Source: Paraspadella gotoi (Eukaryota; Animalia; Chaetognatha). Taken from it: 41,423 nucleotides of DNA. Within the stretch, counting starts at the first letter, position 1. Every line of letters starts with the position of its first letter. The notes beneath the pieces are model-generated. The model was not told where the DNA came from. It was given only the letters and a program-made list of their open reading frames with translations, and made no database searches. Made by a program: the position numbers and the translations under genes. The DNA lies in contig CM119269.1 of the NCBI GenBank assembly GCA_051294375.1, positions 5,902,408 through 5,943,830 on the forward strand, in the 5' to 3' direction. Positions 11,993 through 26,237 of the stretch are shown one piece after another.

Positions 11993-12975
11993 CGTCGTTT
12001 CAGTTTCTCTCTCTCTCTCTCTTTCTCTCTATTTCCCTCCTATCTATGCCTTGCCGTGGTGGCCGCGAATCAATAATTCAAAGTAACAATGATACAATAA
12101 TAGAACATTTAAAAACGTCCTTTATCATCTAAACACAACGAAACGAAAGGAAATAACGATGCTAATAATGAAACAATAATAGTAGGAACTTAATCATTAA
12201 GTAAACCATTCATAATACCCCAATCAAACTGTTTTTGACTTTTTCCGATACTCGAACCTTTTAAAACGAGACTTTACTCTCGAAAGATATAAAACCTTAA
12301 AGATGAAACTAGACATCGAACTGAAATCGAAAACATAACGGGCTCGTCGTCGTCGAACGGCACAGCGATGCTCCCACAGTTTGGACGCGGTCATCGATCG
12401 TAGCGACGGACCCAAATCGGCCCGCAGACTTTTGACCTAATAACGAGATCCTGCAGTCGAAAGCTCCCCTTTGCTTTTCAACCATCGAGCCTTTCGCCGC
12501 CGTGCTGGGGGCAATAGCGGCCGGCTGGGGCGGCTGCGGCGGCGGCGGCGCTGCGGAGACGGATTCGTGGTAAAGTTCAGAGGAGAAGGAAGTTTTTCGT
12601 GCGATGAAATGAAAGGAAAAAAAGTCTACGAATGAGAGACGAAAACGAATACAACAAGACGAGACCTGAAACGACGAAAGCCAGTTTTCTGGGTAAGATC
12701 TAAATTTCTCTAATTACGCGCTGTCGAGACGACGACGGACGACGATGAGGACGAACAACGACGACGGACGACGACGACTCATCGTTTGAGATCCACTCGA
12801 CCTAATTCTCCTTGTCTTCGAAGCAGATGAACTCATAACCGAATTTTATTATTATTTTTTAACAAATAATCCCAATTTATTTTAGTAAAATAAAACTAAC
12901 TGCGCAAACTCTATTTAGTTTTTAACAAAAGAAAAATTTTACGTAGTAGCGAAGCTGCGTCACTACCGCTATTAC

Positions 12976-13076
12976 ATGTCAACGAAATGTTTGACGCGGC
13001 TGTTTTGGGCCGAATGGGAAGCCACGTCAGAAACGCTCGGTGGCGACGGTGCGACGTCTCGACGGAGATCTAAGAG
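12976..13076 (+). pseudogene. Orphan indel-bearing copy of ACSS1-like exon 1 (probably an assembly artefact)
   Basis: MSTKCLTRLFWAEWEATSETLGGDGATSRRRSK aligns to 22120-22214 with several indels; homology stops at about 13110. Confidence 0.7.
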
Positions 13077-13161
13077 GTTAGAAAATCTGCGAGCCTGGAG
13101 CAATATAAGGTATCTCTCTCTTTTTGTGTGTGTTTTNNNNNNNNNNNNNNNNNNNNNNNNN

Positions 13162-13197
<36 letters not shown>

Positions 13198-13274
13198 GAG
13201 AAAGAAAGAAAGAAAACAATATGTAGTATGTAGAAATCGTAACTTTCAAACCATATCTCTATGAAAATTTTCAA

Positions 13275-14957
13275 ATTACTTGTTTCACTATTTTTTATTT
13301 TTTTATTTTTATATTTTATGAAAGATTTACCATTTAATCTATATTCTTTAAATGTATATTTATTGCTTCTTAAAAATTTTTTACTCATCATTATATCTAA
13401 TAACTCATTTTGGAATGGGGAAGTCAGTGTTGTCTTCTGGAAATGAGGGAGCATCTACACAACACAAGGTTAGATTACAATCTGTCCTAGTTTTCTAATA
13501 GATATCACACATTCATTCCTGTTAGAAAGTCATTAATGAAAAATCATAATATCTAATAGGCTGAACAGAAAGGGGGGGATGGATAATTTTTTGATGGGGG
13601 ACCAAAGTTATATATGATTTTTTTTTAAAAACTAATAGGGTAAGACTACAAAGTAGAATTGTATGTTCTGATAGGGATACATACTGGGGAAAGGTCTATA
13701 GGGGCACCTTTATGTCATGAATATAATTTTAAAATACTTTAATGAAAATAATTTTTTTCCTTTATCCTAATTTTAATTATTCTATTTCTGAATATTTTTT
13801 ATCTATTATGTTTATACAATGGGAAGGTCATCAGTTGGGAACCTATACCCTTCATGGATTTCGGCTCTTTAATCCCAATATCCAGGTATAGGCGAGCCAT
13901 CACCAAATGGTGATCCTTCATTGTTGCTTATCCCTATCTTTTAAAGATATATTTTAATGTTTATCTACACAGACCAAAGCCCTGGTATCACAGCATTATT
14001 AATTTTAGGGAAATTTATTAAGGTTTTGCAATAATTTGTACTTTGTAAATAATTTAAATAAGTTAAAAAATTAGTTAAATAATAATTTAAATAATCAAGG
14101 GTATGTAATGTAAAGTTAACATAAAGTTAATTAGTGTAATTTAAAAAATAAGTTACATCAAAAGAGTTAAATAAGTTAAATAAGTTAAATAAATAGCATT
14201 GTTGATGATTATTATTATATTTTATTATTATTATTTTAAATGTTTTAATTTTGTTATTATTTAATATTTTTACTAGGAACTATCATGTATAGTCTTTTTT
14301 AAAAATAGATTAACATCAGTAAAATTATATTTTTTTTAGTATTCCTTATAATTATTAAAAAAATTTAATTCCCATTTAAGTCTTTAAATATATACCCTGA
14401 CTTTGTAATTTTTTGCTTAAATTTATTGCTCTCGATGAAAAATCTATAAATGTTGAACATATTTCTGGCATACTAATTAATTGCTAATAAATACACCTAA
14501 TGCTGCTTTTCTAGGAATACAACTGTCCATAAATGGGTAGTTAACTACCTCAAAAGAAAAGGAATCCCTTTTATCAATACATAAAAGAGTAAGATTTTTT
14601 GTTTTCTGATTTGATGTTAATGTCTAAATAATCTACATTTGTGTCTATACTATTAGATTTATTGACAGTAAGCGCTGCTGGATATATTTTATCAGATGTT
14701 GTTTTAAAATCCTTAAATCTGCCGAAAAAAGGTCATCAATATATCTTGAGCAATTTTTAAATTGTCTAGTGATTCCTAGATTATTTTTTGACATATTTTC
14801 CATATATGTTGATTCAAAATAAAATAACAACATATTGGCAATATCTTGACCAGAATCTAGTCCAATTGGTATTCCTAATGTTTGTTATATATTAAGGAGC
14901 CAAATTTGACAAACACATTATCTAAAATAAGTTGAGGACAATATTTAAATCTTTCAA
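13275..14957 (-). mobile_element. 5'-truncated, degenerate Penelope-like retroelement (RT and thumb region at about 14430-14945)
   Basis: Minus strand translates, with frameshifts, as LILDNVFVKFGSLIY/QTLGIPIGLDSGQDIANMLLFYFES...RYIDDLF, then YLDINI...DKRDSFSFEVVNYPFMDSCIP...GVFIS. These are PLE-type RT motifs. The segment is absent from copy 1 and has tttcaa at both junctions. Confidence 0.85.
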
Positions 14958-15131
14958 CGACCTATTTCCCGCAACACATTCGCGACAATTCCGTTGCGCG
15001 ACGAAAACTGATGCGCGCGTCAAAGCGTAAACAGAGAAAATGTTTTTTTTTTTCAAGGTTTTCTGTCAGTCACGCCTCCACTTACTTAGCCTTTTCTTCA
15101 ACTGGGAGCTTTTTTTCTTTTCTCTCTCTCT

Positions 15132-15216
<85 letters not shown>

Positions 15217-15748
15217 CATTTCTAATTCCATCTCACCGCGAGCCAAGTCTGCGTTGCCCCCAAAGAAAATTCCACTTTTTAAAAAGAAAAAAAAGTTTGA
15301 AAAATTCCTCGTCGTTTGAACTTGTGGAAAATCCGAGAAACCTTGGACGCCTGAACCTCTTTGGATTCTGAAAGGGGAGAGTAAATCAAGATATCAAGGC
15401 GAAAAGGAAAGAGAGACAGGAAAGGAGGAAGGAAAGGGATAAAGAGAAGAAGGAAATACAGATACTAATAAAAGAAAGAAGAAAGAAGAAAGAAAGAAAG
15501 AAAGAAAGAAAGAAGAAGATAAAAAAGAGGAAAAAAAAACAACGAAACAAAGAAGAAAAATCAAAAAAATAAGAGCAAATCAAGAATGAAAAAATAAACC
15601 AAAGAACAAAAAGAAAAAAATAAATAAAAAAGACACGAAAAGCAATAAATAAACTAACAAACATAGTAAACTAAGAGAGAAAGTACAAATGAAGAATAAG
15701 TCCACAAGTTTCTTGAAATAATAAAAGAAAGGAAAGCGACGCCAAGTC

Positions 15749-15795
<47 letters not shown>

Positions 15796-15938
15796 CCCGA
15801 CCGGCGACCACAATGCCCCGGCTGCTTTTTTGATCGTCACGCTCGGGTGCCTCCTTAAAGATGGCGAAGTGGTAACTGGTAAGTGAAAACCGGGAGCCTC
15901 TGCTTCCCCATCCCCCACCTTCGCTGCCAGCCATTGTT

Positions 15939-15970
<32 letters not shown>

Positions 15971-18846
15971 TTTCAAATGGGATTTTATTCTGAGTGGAGA
16001 TACAATAACAAAAACCGATTCAACGAATAGCAAAAGTTTTTTTGTTTTTTTTGGTAATTAAACAACGCGTTGCGCTTTTGTTATTCCGCTGACTGACTCT
16101 CGCTTTTGAATTCGAGAAACACAATAAACTAATTAAAAACAACACTATATTCATATGCTTCTATTTATATCACATTTAAGATCGTTGGGACAGGGTTTGT
16201 TTTTGGAGTACATATTTTTAAGTTAGTCCTACTATTTTACTTTTACAATTTGGCAATTTTCTATTTCTAGTGATCAAATCCAAATAGTTTGCCCGCTAGT
16301 ACAATTAAAGATTAATAAAGTATATTCACAAAATATATCACAAAAATCACCATGGTTTTCACGTTTTACCTTCATTGTATATAAATAACATTGTCGTGCT
16401 ACGTCGTCAGGCGAGAGATCAACCGCATATATCTTCCACGGATTCCATTGGACCAAATTACAATAACTACAATGACTACATTGACAAGTAATGAATTCTC
16501 CGTCAAAACTCCGCTTCCTCTTTTCCATCGCTGAGAATCGCTGATCTCGGCGGAGCGATGAATTTCATCATGACGACTTCGTGTTTGAGGCGTCGGATTC
16601 GACGAAGAGTTTGAGAAGCGAAGTAGTCGAACTCGATCTAGGAAAAGGAGGGGGTGGGTGGGTGGTAATGGGGGGTGGGATGGTGGTTTGTGGGGTAAAG
16701 GGGCCGGGTGGTGAGGGGGAAAGGAATGGCGAAGCTGCGGACTCGGTGGATATGAACTGAAAGACCACTTGAATCAGAGTATGAAAATAGAAATGAAAAC
16801 TGAAATAGCTTCGTTTAATTTATGATTATTTCGAATATTCGGAAACTTTAGGGTTTATATATGTAGTCGGGCATTGCCTAGGTTCACACCGCCTATAAGC
16901 ATGACACCTCCAGTCCTGAACCGGTGGCTCATTGAGTAAAGCCATCAGCTCATGGCCACTAGGTACCGGGTTCATTCCCAACCTGGTACCTACCCTGCGG
17001 GAAGTGTGTGGACGCCCGTAAGACCCTTGGGGGCGTGTTCAAATACCAGGACATGTTAGTAATATTTTAATTAGCCTCCAATTTAGTAATTAACTTTCGT
17101 TCAAATTTTGTCTCTCTAAATTTTCTCAGTTTCAAAGTTTAATATTTCATAGATTCCCAGGAACTCAGCGCCTATTTTGTAAACATTTTGTCTAAGTAGA
17201 ATAAACAAAGGAAGAGAGACGAGAGGGAGGCCGAGATTTTAGTACATTCCATTTTTAGATCTCAAGGGAGTAAGACGCAATATTTTAACAACTGTTTGAT
17301 TTACTAATACAACTTTGGCAATCTACAATTATTTCAGGTAACTTCAAAAAATAAGACTAGTCAGTCATGTACCACCTAGCTCTCTATCTGTCATCTATTG
17401 AGGGTCACAGGTCACGTTACCGACATGGTGGCCAGCGTTGTTCGCTTAACGGACAGCCTCGAAGTTATCTGTACGCGCGTATGATTGTTTTTGTCCGAGT
17501 TGATAAGGGGGTAATATAAGATTTTTTTTCTTTTCCCAATTAAAAACAAATGCATTGTAAAGTGAAGAAATTTTTTCTTAAAATGTTTAGTATATTTTTT
17601 TGTTTTTGTTTTAGCCTTTCTGACATTAGAATATGATTTATGATTGGAAAAAAAATTTTTTTTTTGGATATTTCTTACTCGAAAACCAAAACATTAACCT
17701 AAAGCCAAATAAATGGATCACGACTTTCTTATTACGTCAGTTGATTCGAGTCAACTGGCTAAGACCGAATATTTTTATTTTCACGTCTCAATCGACGTCC
17801 AGTCATCCGAAACAAACGATTTCTCTAGTTTTCTTTCTTCTCATTCCGACTTGTAAAAGAATCTTTTCTCGACTTTCAACGTTCAATCTATATTTTTATG
17901 ATTTATTTATATGATATATTACGTGTTTCGGATTTTGACTGGACATAAAATTATTAATTAGTGTAAACGATGTGATCTATGTTTAACGAATTTCGACGTT
18001 TTGGTTAATTATTTATTTTTGCTCGTTACCTATTTAAATTGTTTTTCGGCATGAAATTTTTTTGTTTATCTTGCACGGTTGAAACGAACAATGATAGATG
18101 GCGCGTATGTTACAAAGATTGGGGAATTGGGTCGAATAATATAAACGAGTTGGAACAGAATTTTTCCTTCCATGTCTGCTAGAGGGGGTTATAGAAGTTA
18201 CGGATAGTCATCTTCTGCCCACTTATCGCCTTATCCACATATATATCTAATTAACTTTTAGTCCCATGTATTGCTAAGTATCAGAATTGGTCGGTATTCG
18301 GAGAGGACGAAATAATAAAATGATGACAAATACCATTAACCTTTTTTGACTGGTTGTTTTTTGTTCGCATTCTTTTCTTTATTTTTAAAATTAAAAAAAA
18401 AACCTTCTGGTTGTCGAATTTCGTTCTCTTCCTGATGTACTCAGATCGGTAGGGAGTCTTGTAAGTGAATCCCCACGCGTAGGGACAGCCCAGGGAACCG
18501 ATGACCGTGTTGTCCCTGAAAATTTTTCACATTTAATTAATTCTTTATTTATTTAATTATTATCGATTGTTTCCGATTTTTCCCCTTAAAATTTCTTTCG
18601 GCGAGATTGGAGTTTTCTAGTCCTTTGACAGTTTTTGGCATTTGCCAACAATGTTTATGGTTTAAGGTTTAAGGATACCCACTCTATCTCTCTTTATCGT
18701 CGTCATCGTCCAAACCTGGTGAGTCCGCAGCAAGATCTAAATGAATAGGCCCGCGGAATGTCGCTACTGTTGATGGTGAGGTTCTTGCAGTTGCCGCCAC
18801 CGATTTGACGGGGTGAGGCACCGTTACTGCAGCCCCAGCACATGAT

Positions 18847-18961
<115 letters not shown>

Positions 18962-21091
18962 GGGGGGGGAAGAGGAGGACAAGAGCTTGAACGACGAAAA
19001 TAAAGAAGGATAAAGACGAAACAAAGAGAGATCGGGAAAGCAGAGATAGAGACAGAGAGAGAAAGAAAGAGAGAGAGGGAGATAACCTGATCGGGAAAAA
19101 ATGCAAATGTTCGTCGATTATCTTAAAATAGTAGTAGTTGGGATCGGAGGAAGAAATGTGTCCTCCATTTCTATTCAGTTCTTTCTCGCTATCATTTTTT
19201 ATTCGCGTCGATTTAGAGAAAACGAAATTAGATTTTTTTTTTAAATCCTCTTTGATTTTTTTTTTTTCTAAAGCGAATTGTCTATAGAACGATTAAGACG
19301 AAAATGTAGGTAATACGGATGTTACAAAAAGGTTTTGGTGAAAATTTAAAATTTAAATTCACTTACTACAAAAACCAAAGATATCGATTGCTTTAAATCG
19401 ATCAATGAAAGGAAAATTAATCACAGAGAAAAATGTTTGTGTTTATTTTTTTTTTGTTCATTGCATTTGGTTATAATAATATCAAATTTAAAAAGTTAAG
19501 TTTAAAAGTAAAGAAAGAAAAAGAAAAAAGAAAAAAAGGGAAAAAAAGAAATAAAGAAATAAAGAAATAAAGAAATAAAGAAAGAAAAAAGAAAGAAAGA
19601 TTTTAAAAAAAGATTTAAAAATGTATGAAAACAAATGACTTCACTCCCGCCGCCTCAATAGTAAACAATTTATTGTTTTTCAACGATTTATTGTCTTCCG
19701 TTCGGGCGCGCTAATTCGAAGTCGGAAGAGGGCGCTCGTTCGGAAACGCGGATTTGATTTATTTGAGAAGTTTTGATTTTTCGCGCGGGATCCGATTTCG
19801 TCGAGTGGCTCGCCCACCATCGCTCGCACGGCGTGAATGAAGAGGATTGGGGTCGAAGTTCAAAGGAATTGTTTTTATAGAATTCGGCTGCTAAAATTTG
19901 ACGATATGAACACAATTTCATTAAATTAATTTGATTACCTATGTATCCACTATGGACGCTTTCTGGTAGTTTTCAATTGATATGATTCATTCAAATCTCC
20001 AGGTAAATTAATTATTACTATACATATAAAAACTTTTGAAAATTTTACTGTTGTAAAATGGATAAAAAGAAACACTACCAAATAACGTTTATGTATGGAT
20101 GACATTAAATTCCTAATTCTTTTCAGGGCGACGGTGCAACGCCTCGCTCCCTCATCGAGTGTCAAAAAGAGAAAAACTTACAAAAGAAAAAAAAGGAAAA
20201 AAGTTTCATGGGTTACACCACAGGGATTAATCTCAATTATCGTCACATTCGTTCACTCTCTCTTTCGCTCTCTCTCTCTCTCTCTCTCTCTTTTGCTCTT
20301 TTCCTCGCTTTTTTATTCTATTTTCTCTCTCCGAGTCTCTCCCTTTGTCTTATTCTTTCTTGTTTTTCGCCAGATGCAATGCGAATTAAATCGATTGACA
20401 ATTGGTCTTTGTCACCGTTTAATTTTGGTCGTTGATTTTAAAGATTTTAAAGTTGTAAAAGGTTTGATTAGTCCTTCGATTAAAATCATTAAATAACTCA
20501 GTTTTCGAACTAATTCCGAACGCTGAGCACTTTTTAAAAGTTACACCCACAATTTTTTTCCCCCCATAACTTATTCAAAATTGAAATGATTTCATCCCGA
20601 CTGAATTTCGGCTACTGATTTCTGCGACGTTTCGACGGGATCTCTCCACGCAGGCAACGCCTCTTCAATCAAACTCATGTTCATATCCCAGTCAATCATT
20701 CCGACAATTTTAAATTCGAAAAGAAAAAGGAGGAAAAAAATTTAAAAAGATTTATTTTAATATCCATCTTATTCTAATGCAGAAGCGAGATCCTTATCAT
20801 CGATCTATAAAACCTCTTATATATATTTTATACTTTTAATCTTTTTACAATCCAATCTAATTATCCATCATTGTTCTCAGCGCAATAAAGAACGCAGAAG
20901 AATCTTTTCACAATTGATTGTTTCATTTATTAACTGAATAATTCACGATCGTTTTTAAATATTGTCAATGAAGATCAGAGAAGATCTTAAAATTTGGTTG
21001 CTCTAAATGAATCGAGACAGAGTATACGATCCGAACCTGGCTTAGTTTTCCTTCGAAAGCCAAACTTTTGATCAAATTAAGGTTGGGGTTT

Positions 21092-21177
<86 letters not shown>

Positions 21178-22119
21178 ATTTCCCTCTATCTATGCCTTGC
21201 CGTGGTGGCCGGAATCAATAATTCAAAGTACAATGATACAATAATAGAACATTTAAAACGTCCTTTATCATCTAAACACAACGAAACGAAAGGAAATAAC
21301 GATGTCTAATAATAGAACAATAATAGGTAGGAACTTAATCATTAAGTAAACCATTCATAATACCCCAATCAAACTGTTTTGACTTTTTCCGATACTCGAA
21401 ACCTTTAAAACGAGACTTTACTCTCGAAAGATATAAAAACCTTAAAGATGAAACTAGACATCGAACTGAAATCGAAAACATAACGGGCTCGTCGTCGTCG
21501 AACGGCACAGCGATGCTCCCACAGTTTGGACGCGGTCATCGATCGTAGCGACGGACCCAAATCGGCCCGCAGACTTTTGACCTAATAACGAGATCCTGCA
21601 TCGAAAGCTCCCCTTTGCTTTTCAACCATCGAGCCTTTCGCCGCCGTGGCTGGGGCAATAGCGGCGGCTGGGGCGGCTGCGGCGGCGGCGGCTGCGGAGA
21701 CGGATTCGTGGTAAGTTCAGAGGAGAAGGAAGTTTTTCGTGCGATGAATGAAAGGAAAAAAAAGGTCTACGAATGAGAGACGAAAACGAATACGAACAAG
21801 ACGACGACTGAAACGACGAAAGCCAGATTTTCTGGGTGAGATCTAAATTTCTCTAATTACGCGCTGTCGACGACGACGACGACGACGATGAGGACGACAA
21901 CGACGACGACGACGACGACCATCGTTTGAGATCACTCCGACCTAATTCTCTTGTCTTCGAAGCAGATGAACTCATAACCGAATTTTATTATTATTTTTTA
22001 ACAAATAATCCCAATTTATTTTTAGTAAAACTAAACTTAACTGCGCAAAACTCTATTTAGTTTTTAACAGAAAGAAAAATTTTACGTAGTAGCGAAGCTG
22101 CGTCACTACCGCTATTACA

Positions 22120-22214
22120 ATGTCAACGAAATGTTTGACGCGGCTGTTGGCGCGATGGGAAGCCACGTCAGAAACGCTGGTGGCGACGGCGACGTCTCGA
22201 CGGAGATCTAAGAG
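22120..22214 (+). CDS. ACSS1: Acetyl-CoA synthetase (ACSS1-like) exon 1, putative mitochondrial targeting peptide
   Basis: MSTKCLTRLLARWEATSETLVATATSRRRSK is R/S/T/L/A-rich. Donor AG|GTTAGA. The 95-nt, phase-2 end joins exon 2 in frame. Assigned by phase and composition, not homology. Confidence 0.65.
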
Positions 22215-23512
22215 GTTAGAAAATCTGCGAGCCTTGAGCAATATAAGTCTTGAAGAGTAAGTGAAATGTTAAAAATGGATGGAAAAGATTAATATAAGTT
22301 GACATTCTGCATTACTGATTTTAATTTAAACATATTGTAATTAAATGAAATGCAATTAAAAAATACTTCGACACTCTCTGTAAGAGTTGGACCCAATAAA
22401 GATAGTATGCTCAAACTGTTATATAATCGTATTTTGGTGCTAGTGCGGAGTGCAAAATAGTATTTCCCGATCTAATACTTATTGAAACATTCTATGGAAT
22501 ATTATACCACTTCATTGATAAGGAAGCCAGGTACTCTAGGAATGAATCAACTAGACAGTGAGAAAGTCTGGATTGAAAGCTTTCAGGGTCCTGCTATCTT
22601 GTAAGAGTGATGGAGACCTTAACAGACCATTGCCTGTCTAAAGTCAGTGGCAAAATAAAATGAATGCGTAATCTTTTATATTGGTTGTACCAGTTCTATA
22701 AATTAATCACTGTAAATTGTCACAAATTAGTAACAAAATAAAATGGTCTTTCTCACAGAATTACCTCGAATTTCGTGGCTGGCGGTCGGCTTCGATTCAC
22801 CAGGCATCTCTCCTCACAAGCGAGACGTGACATCAGGTGTGAATTTACGATCACTAAACGAAAATCTTTTTTAATTCAGAGAAAAAATTCTTATTCAGAT
22901 TGTGTGCATTATTGTCATGAGACGGGGCTTCGAAAACGAGTTTTATTGCCCTTGAATTGGCTTTCAGTATTTACAACTTTACATTACTTGTTGCATAATG
23001 CGATTCATGTTCGTGTCATGTGAAAACATGTCGAGGCTAGTCTTGTCGAGACACGTAGAGTTTTGACTAGCAAATGAATTAATTCCCATTTCCCTTTGAA
23101 ATTTTAATAGAATTTTTTCTTTTCTCCACCCATAAATGATATTCGCAAGTTTTCATCTTTATATTATCATCTTTCCTCAGGTCTCTAAGGAAATTAAAAG
23201 GGGGAAGAGCATTGGCTGTCATTTTATCATTTATTTCTCAGAAGAATTTATGGATTATGTTTGTTTGTTCATTTTTTCCCTTCTCACGAATTGACCTGAG
23301 AAGCAGAACTTAAGTCTCCCGCACATCTTGGGAAATCACGGAAGATTTTCGCCGGTTTTAAGTCCACATGACCACATGACCACATGACCGTATTAGTTAT
23401 CGTGGCAACCGTGAAATGTGGCCAGAAGAAGAATTAAGGGAATGGACCGTCATTGACGCGATGCAATTTATCCGTTTTTTCGTGACATTCATTTCCGTTT
23501 TTATTAAAACAG

Positions 23513-23646
23513 TTTTCCCCAAGAGTTGCGCCCTCTCGGGGTGGAGTCTTACGAAGCCGCGCTGAAGATGGCTCTCGAAGATACGGACAAGTTTTGGAAA
23601 ACGGTGGCCGAGGCGCGGATTAAATGGCAGAAGCCTTTCACGCAAG
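23513..23646 (+). CDS. ACSS1: ACSS1-like exon 2
   Basis: CAG acceptor and GTGAGT donor; FPQELRPLGVESYEAALKMALEDTDKFWKTVAEARIKWQKPFTQ matches the ACS N-terminal FW...W..PF motif. Confidence 0.9.
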
Positions 23647-24163
23647 GTGAGTTCCGTGATTGTCGGTGAGAAGTACGTTGAGATCGGCTTAAATAAATTA
23701 TGCAGAGTGATAAGAAAGGAAGACATATAAGTCCAAATTTTTTGGTTTTTGTCCTTGTCACTCTCAATATAAACAAGTTATATTATCTTCCCTCGTCGGA
23801 TTTCTTTTTTTTTTTTAACTATTTTTCTTTGTGATTTATTACGTTCAAGACGTGATAAGCGACAAATTTGCGCACGATGACGTCATACCGTTTTTTTTCT
23901 CGCGATATTGGATAAAACTAATTTAAACTAAATTAAAAGGTAAATGAAATTAGAGACTGAACGTCTTATTTCGCTCGCCGACCCCTTCCTTCGGTGCTCA
24001 CCTTCTTAACCAAGCAACCGGTCCGGAGAATGGCTTGTAAAATTCCTTTTCCTTCAATTAGAAAGTCTAACATTTCGTTGTTTTTTTTTTAAATGAAAAT
24101 TTTAATCACAGTCTTCGTTACACTCTGCCTCAACACACCCTTGCCCCCATTTCACTCCCGCAG

Positions 24164-24321
24164 TGAGCGACTGCGACATGTTTGAGGGGCGTTTCTCTTG
24201 GTACAAAGACGGCGTCCTCAACGTCACGGAGACATGCGTGGACAAGCATCTGGGGAAGAACAAGGTGGCGCTCATCTGGGAGAGGGACGAACCGGGGCAG
24301 GAAGTCCGGATCACTTATGAG
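24164..24321 (+). CDS. ACSS1: ACSS1-like exon 3
   Basis: VSDCDMFEGRFSWYKDGVLNVTETCVDKHLGKNKVALIWERDEPGQEVRITYE; VALIWERDEPG.EVRITY is, from memory, the ACSS1-type sequence. CAG acceptor and GTGGGT donor. Confidence 0.95.
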
Positions 24322-24524
24322 GTGGGTTATTGCGGGGGTTGGAGTGGATGAGGCGTGGTGGTCGTGGCGGTAATTTGGGACTTGGTGGCGCTTTGATTGG
24401 TTGGAATTAATTTCCTCTGAATCCCCCTTAAACGGTGTTCAAAATATCACAGGCGTGATTGAGAAACTGTCAGGATGAAATTGGCGTCTGACCGCATTAT
24501 GTAACTTTTTTTATTCATTTAATA

Positions 24525-24536
24525 ATAATTATTATT

Positions 24537-24567
<31 letters not shown>

Positions 24568-24615
24568 TTATTATTATTATTATTGTTATTATTAATAATA
24601 TTAATCATTATTATT
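24525..24615 (+). repeat. (ATT)n microsatellite next to the exon 4 acceptor
   Basis: Trinucleotide run read directly. Confidence 0.9.
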
Positions 24616-24636
24616 TTATTTTGTCCTTCCCAAAAG

Positions 24637-24796
24637 GAGCTTCACGAGCGGATGTGTCGCTTGGCCAATGTCCTCGTCAACCTCGGGATCCAAAAGGGCG
24701 ATCGCGTGATCATCTACATGCCATGCTGTCCCGACGCCGTCGCCGCCATGCTCGCCTGCGCCAGGATCGGCGCCATCCACTCTGTCGTCTTCGCGG
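24637..24796 (+). CDS. ACSS1: ACSS1-like exon 4
   Basis: [54 protein letters not shown] is the conserved ACS block; AAG acceptor, GTCTGG donor, phases consistent. Confidence 0.96.
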
Positions 24797-24930
24797 GTCT
24801 GGATTGAATGATTGATCGATTGATTTCTACTGATGGGATTTATTGAGTGTTGAGCGGATGTCTGACAGATTTATTAAGTGATGATAATTGTTTAATGGTT
24901 GATTGATTGATTGATTAATTGACTCGGCAG

Positions 24931-25034
24931 GCTTTAGCGTGACCTCTCTGTCCCGGCGAATCAACACCGCGGAGGCGAGGGTCGTCATCACCGTCGACCA
25001 ATCGTGTCGGGGAGGGAAATGCATGAATATGAAA
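24931..25034 (+). CDS. ACSS1: ACSS1-like exon 5
   Basis: (G)FSVTSLSRRINTAEARVVITVDQSCRGGKCMNMK; CAG acceptor and GTAAGT donor. Cumulative CDS is 651 nt, i.e. 217 codons. Confidence 0.93.
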
Positions 25035-25049
25035 GTAAGTTCGGAGTTT

Positions 25050-25310
25050 GGAACTTTTAGATTTTAAGATTTAGAAACTTTGAGATTTAGAGATTTAGAG
25101 ATTTTAAGATTTATAAACTTTGAGATTTTGAGTTTTAGAGATTTTGAAATTTTAGGATTTAAAGATTTTTTACATTTAGAAACTTGGAGATTTTTATTTT
25201 AGAGATTTAGAGATTTTGATTTTTTATATTTTTCAAAATCTCAATTTGAGATTTTAATCTTTAACAATTTTGAAAATAACATTTAAATATTCATAAATTT
25301 AGAATTTTAA
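25050..25310 (+). repeat. Degenerate tandem repeat of about 8 bp (TTTAGAGA-like)
   Basis: gatttagagatttagagattttaagattt... directly after the exon 5 donor. Confidence 0.8.
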
Positions 25311-26237
25311 ATTTTGATGGATGTACAGAATTAAACCTTCACGTATCTTTAGAATTTGATATGTTGATTTAGCTTTACACTAAGTGATCGAATTAAAGTT
25401 TAGATTTAAAATATAAAGGATAAAATGTCTCCAAACGCAAAGGGCATTTGGCGTAAAACTGGAGAGCTGTTTTGACTTCTGTCAATGACCGAACATTCAA
25501 TTCTGTCGTCGGCGAGAGGGAAAAGTTGATGGGATCGTTTTGAGTCGAGAGTCTGAGTTTGCGTGATTTTATGTCCTTTAACAAGTCGGTGAAGAGAAAA
25601 GAAAGCGACGTGTTCGAGATATGACACAATGAAAAATAACGTGGCGTTACGGTCTCGTGGCTATTTTGTCCCTTTAAAATTGTTTCTGAGCCAAATTAAT
25701 TGATTATTACTTTTGGTAATATGTGCGATATACACTACTGGACATTACTGTTTTCTGACCATAACCCTTGACCATCAACAAAAAAGCTAACTAGATCAAA
25801 AATAGTAAAAAAGATGAAGCAATATAGCTCGAAACGCTTACAAAATTTTAGACCATTGTTTTTATAATGCAAAAAAAAATTAATATTATTAAAACAAAAC
25901 TTTAACGATAACTTAATAGTTAACCGAGACCAAGATGAATATTTTTACCCATCATTTCCTCAATTTATATGAATCATATGTTTGTAATTAGTCAATTAAT
26001 CTAAATAACAATATGACAAATTCATTTTCAATTTTTTTTATGAATGGGAAGTTTTCTCTGCTTACTCCCCTGTGTCTAATTATCTATATTTTTAAAGGTA
26101 TTTCCAAAAACCTTATATAATTACTATATTTTTTCACTTTTTTTCAATTCTTTCAAACAAAACAACATCATAAAAATATTTTAAATTAATAAAAAAAAAT
26201 TGATTGAATGATTTTGAAAAAAATATTTTGAAACTTG

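Larger units (their letters stand above)
5700..13110 (+). repeat. Near-duplicate block A, copy 1 (matches 13162-13274 plus 14952-22248)
   Basis: Colinear identity throughout, e.g. 5791 vs 14952, 7711 vs 16862, 12976 vs 22120. Differences are mostly single-base indels. Ends just before the 25-N gap at 13137-13161. Confidence 0.95.

Noticed and set aside
13820-13870. CTGATGA on the minus strand inside the Penelope-like element, a possible hammerhead ribozyme
   Set aside because: No stem II followed by GAAA at the required spacing.
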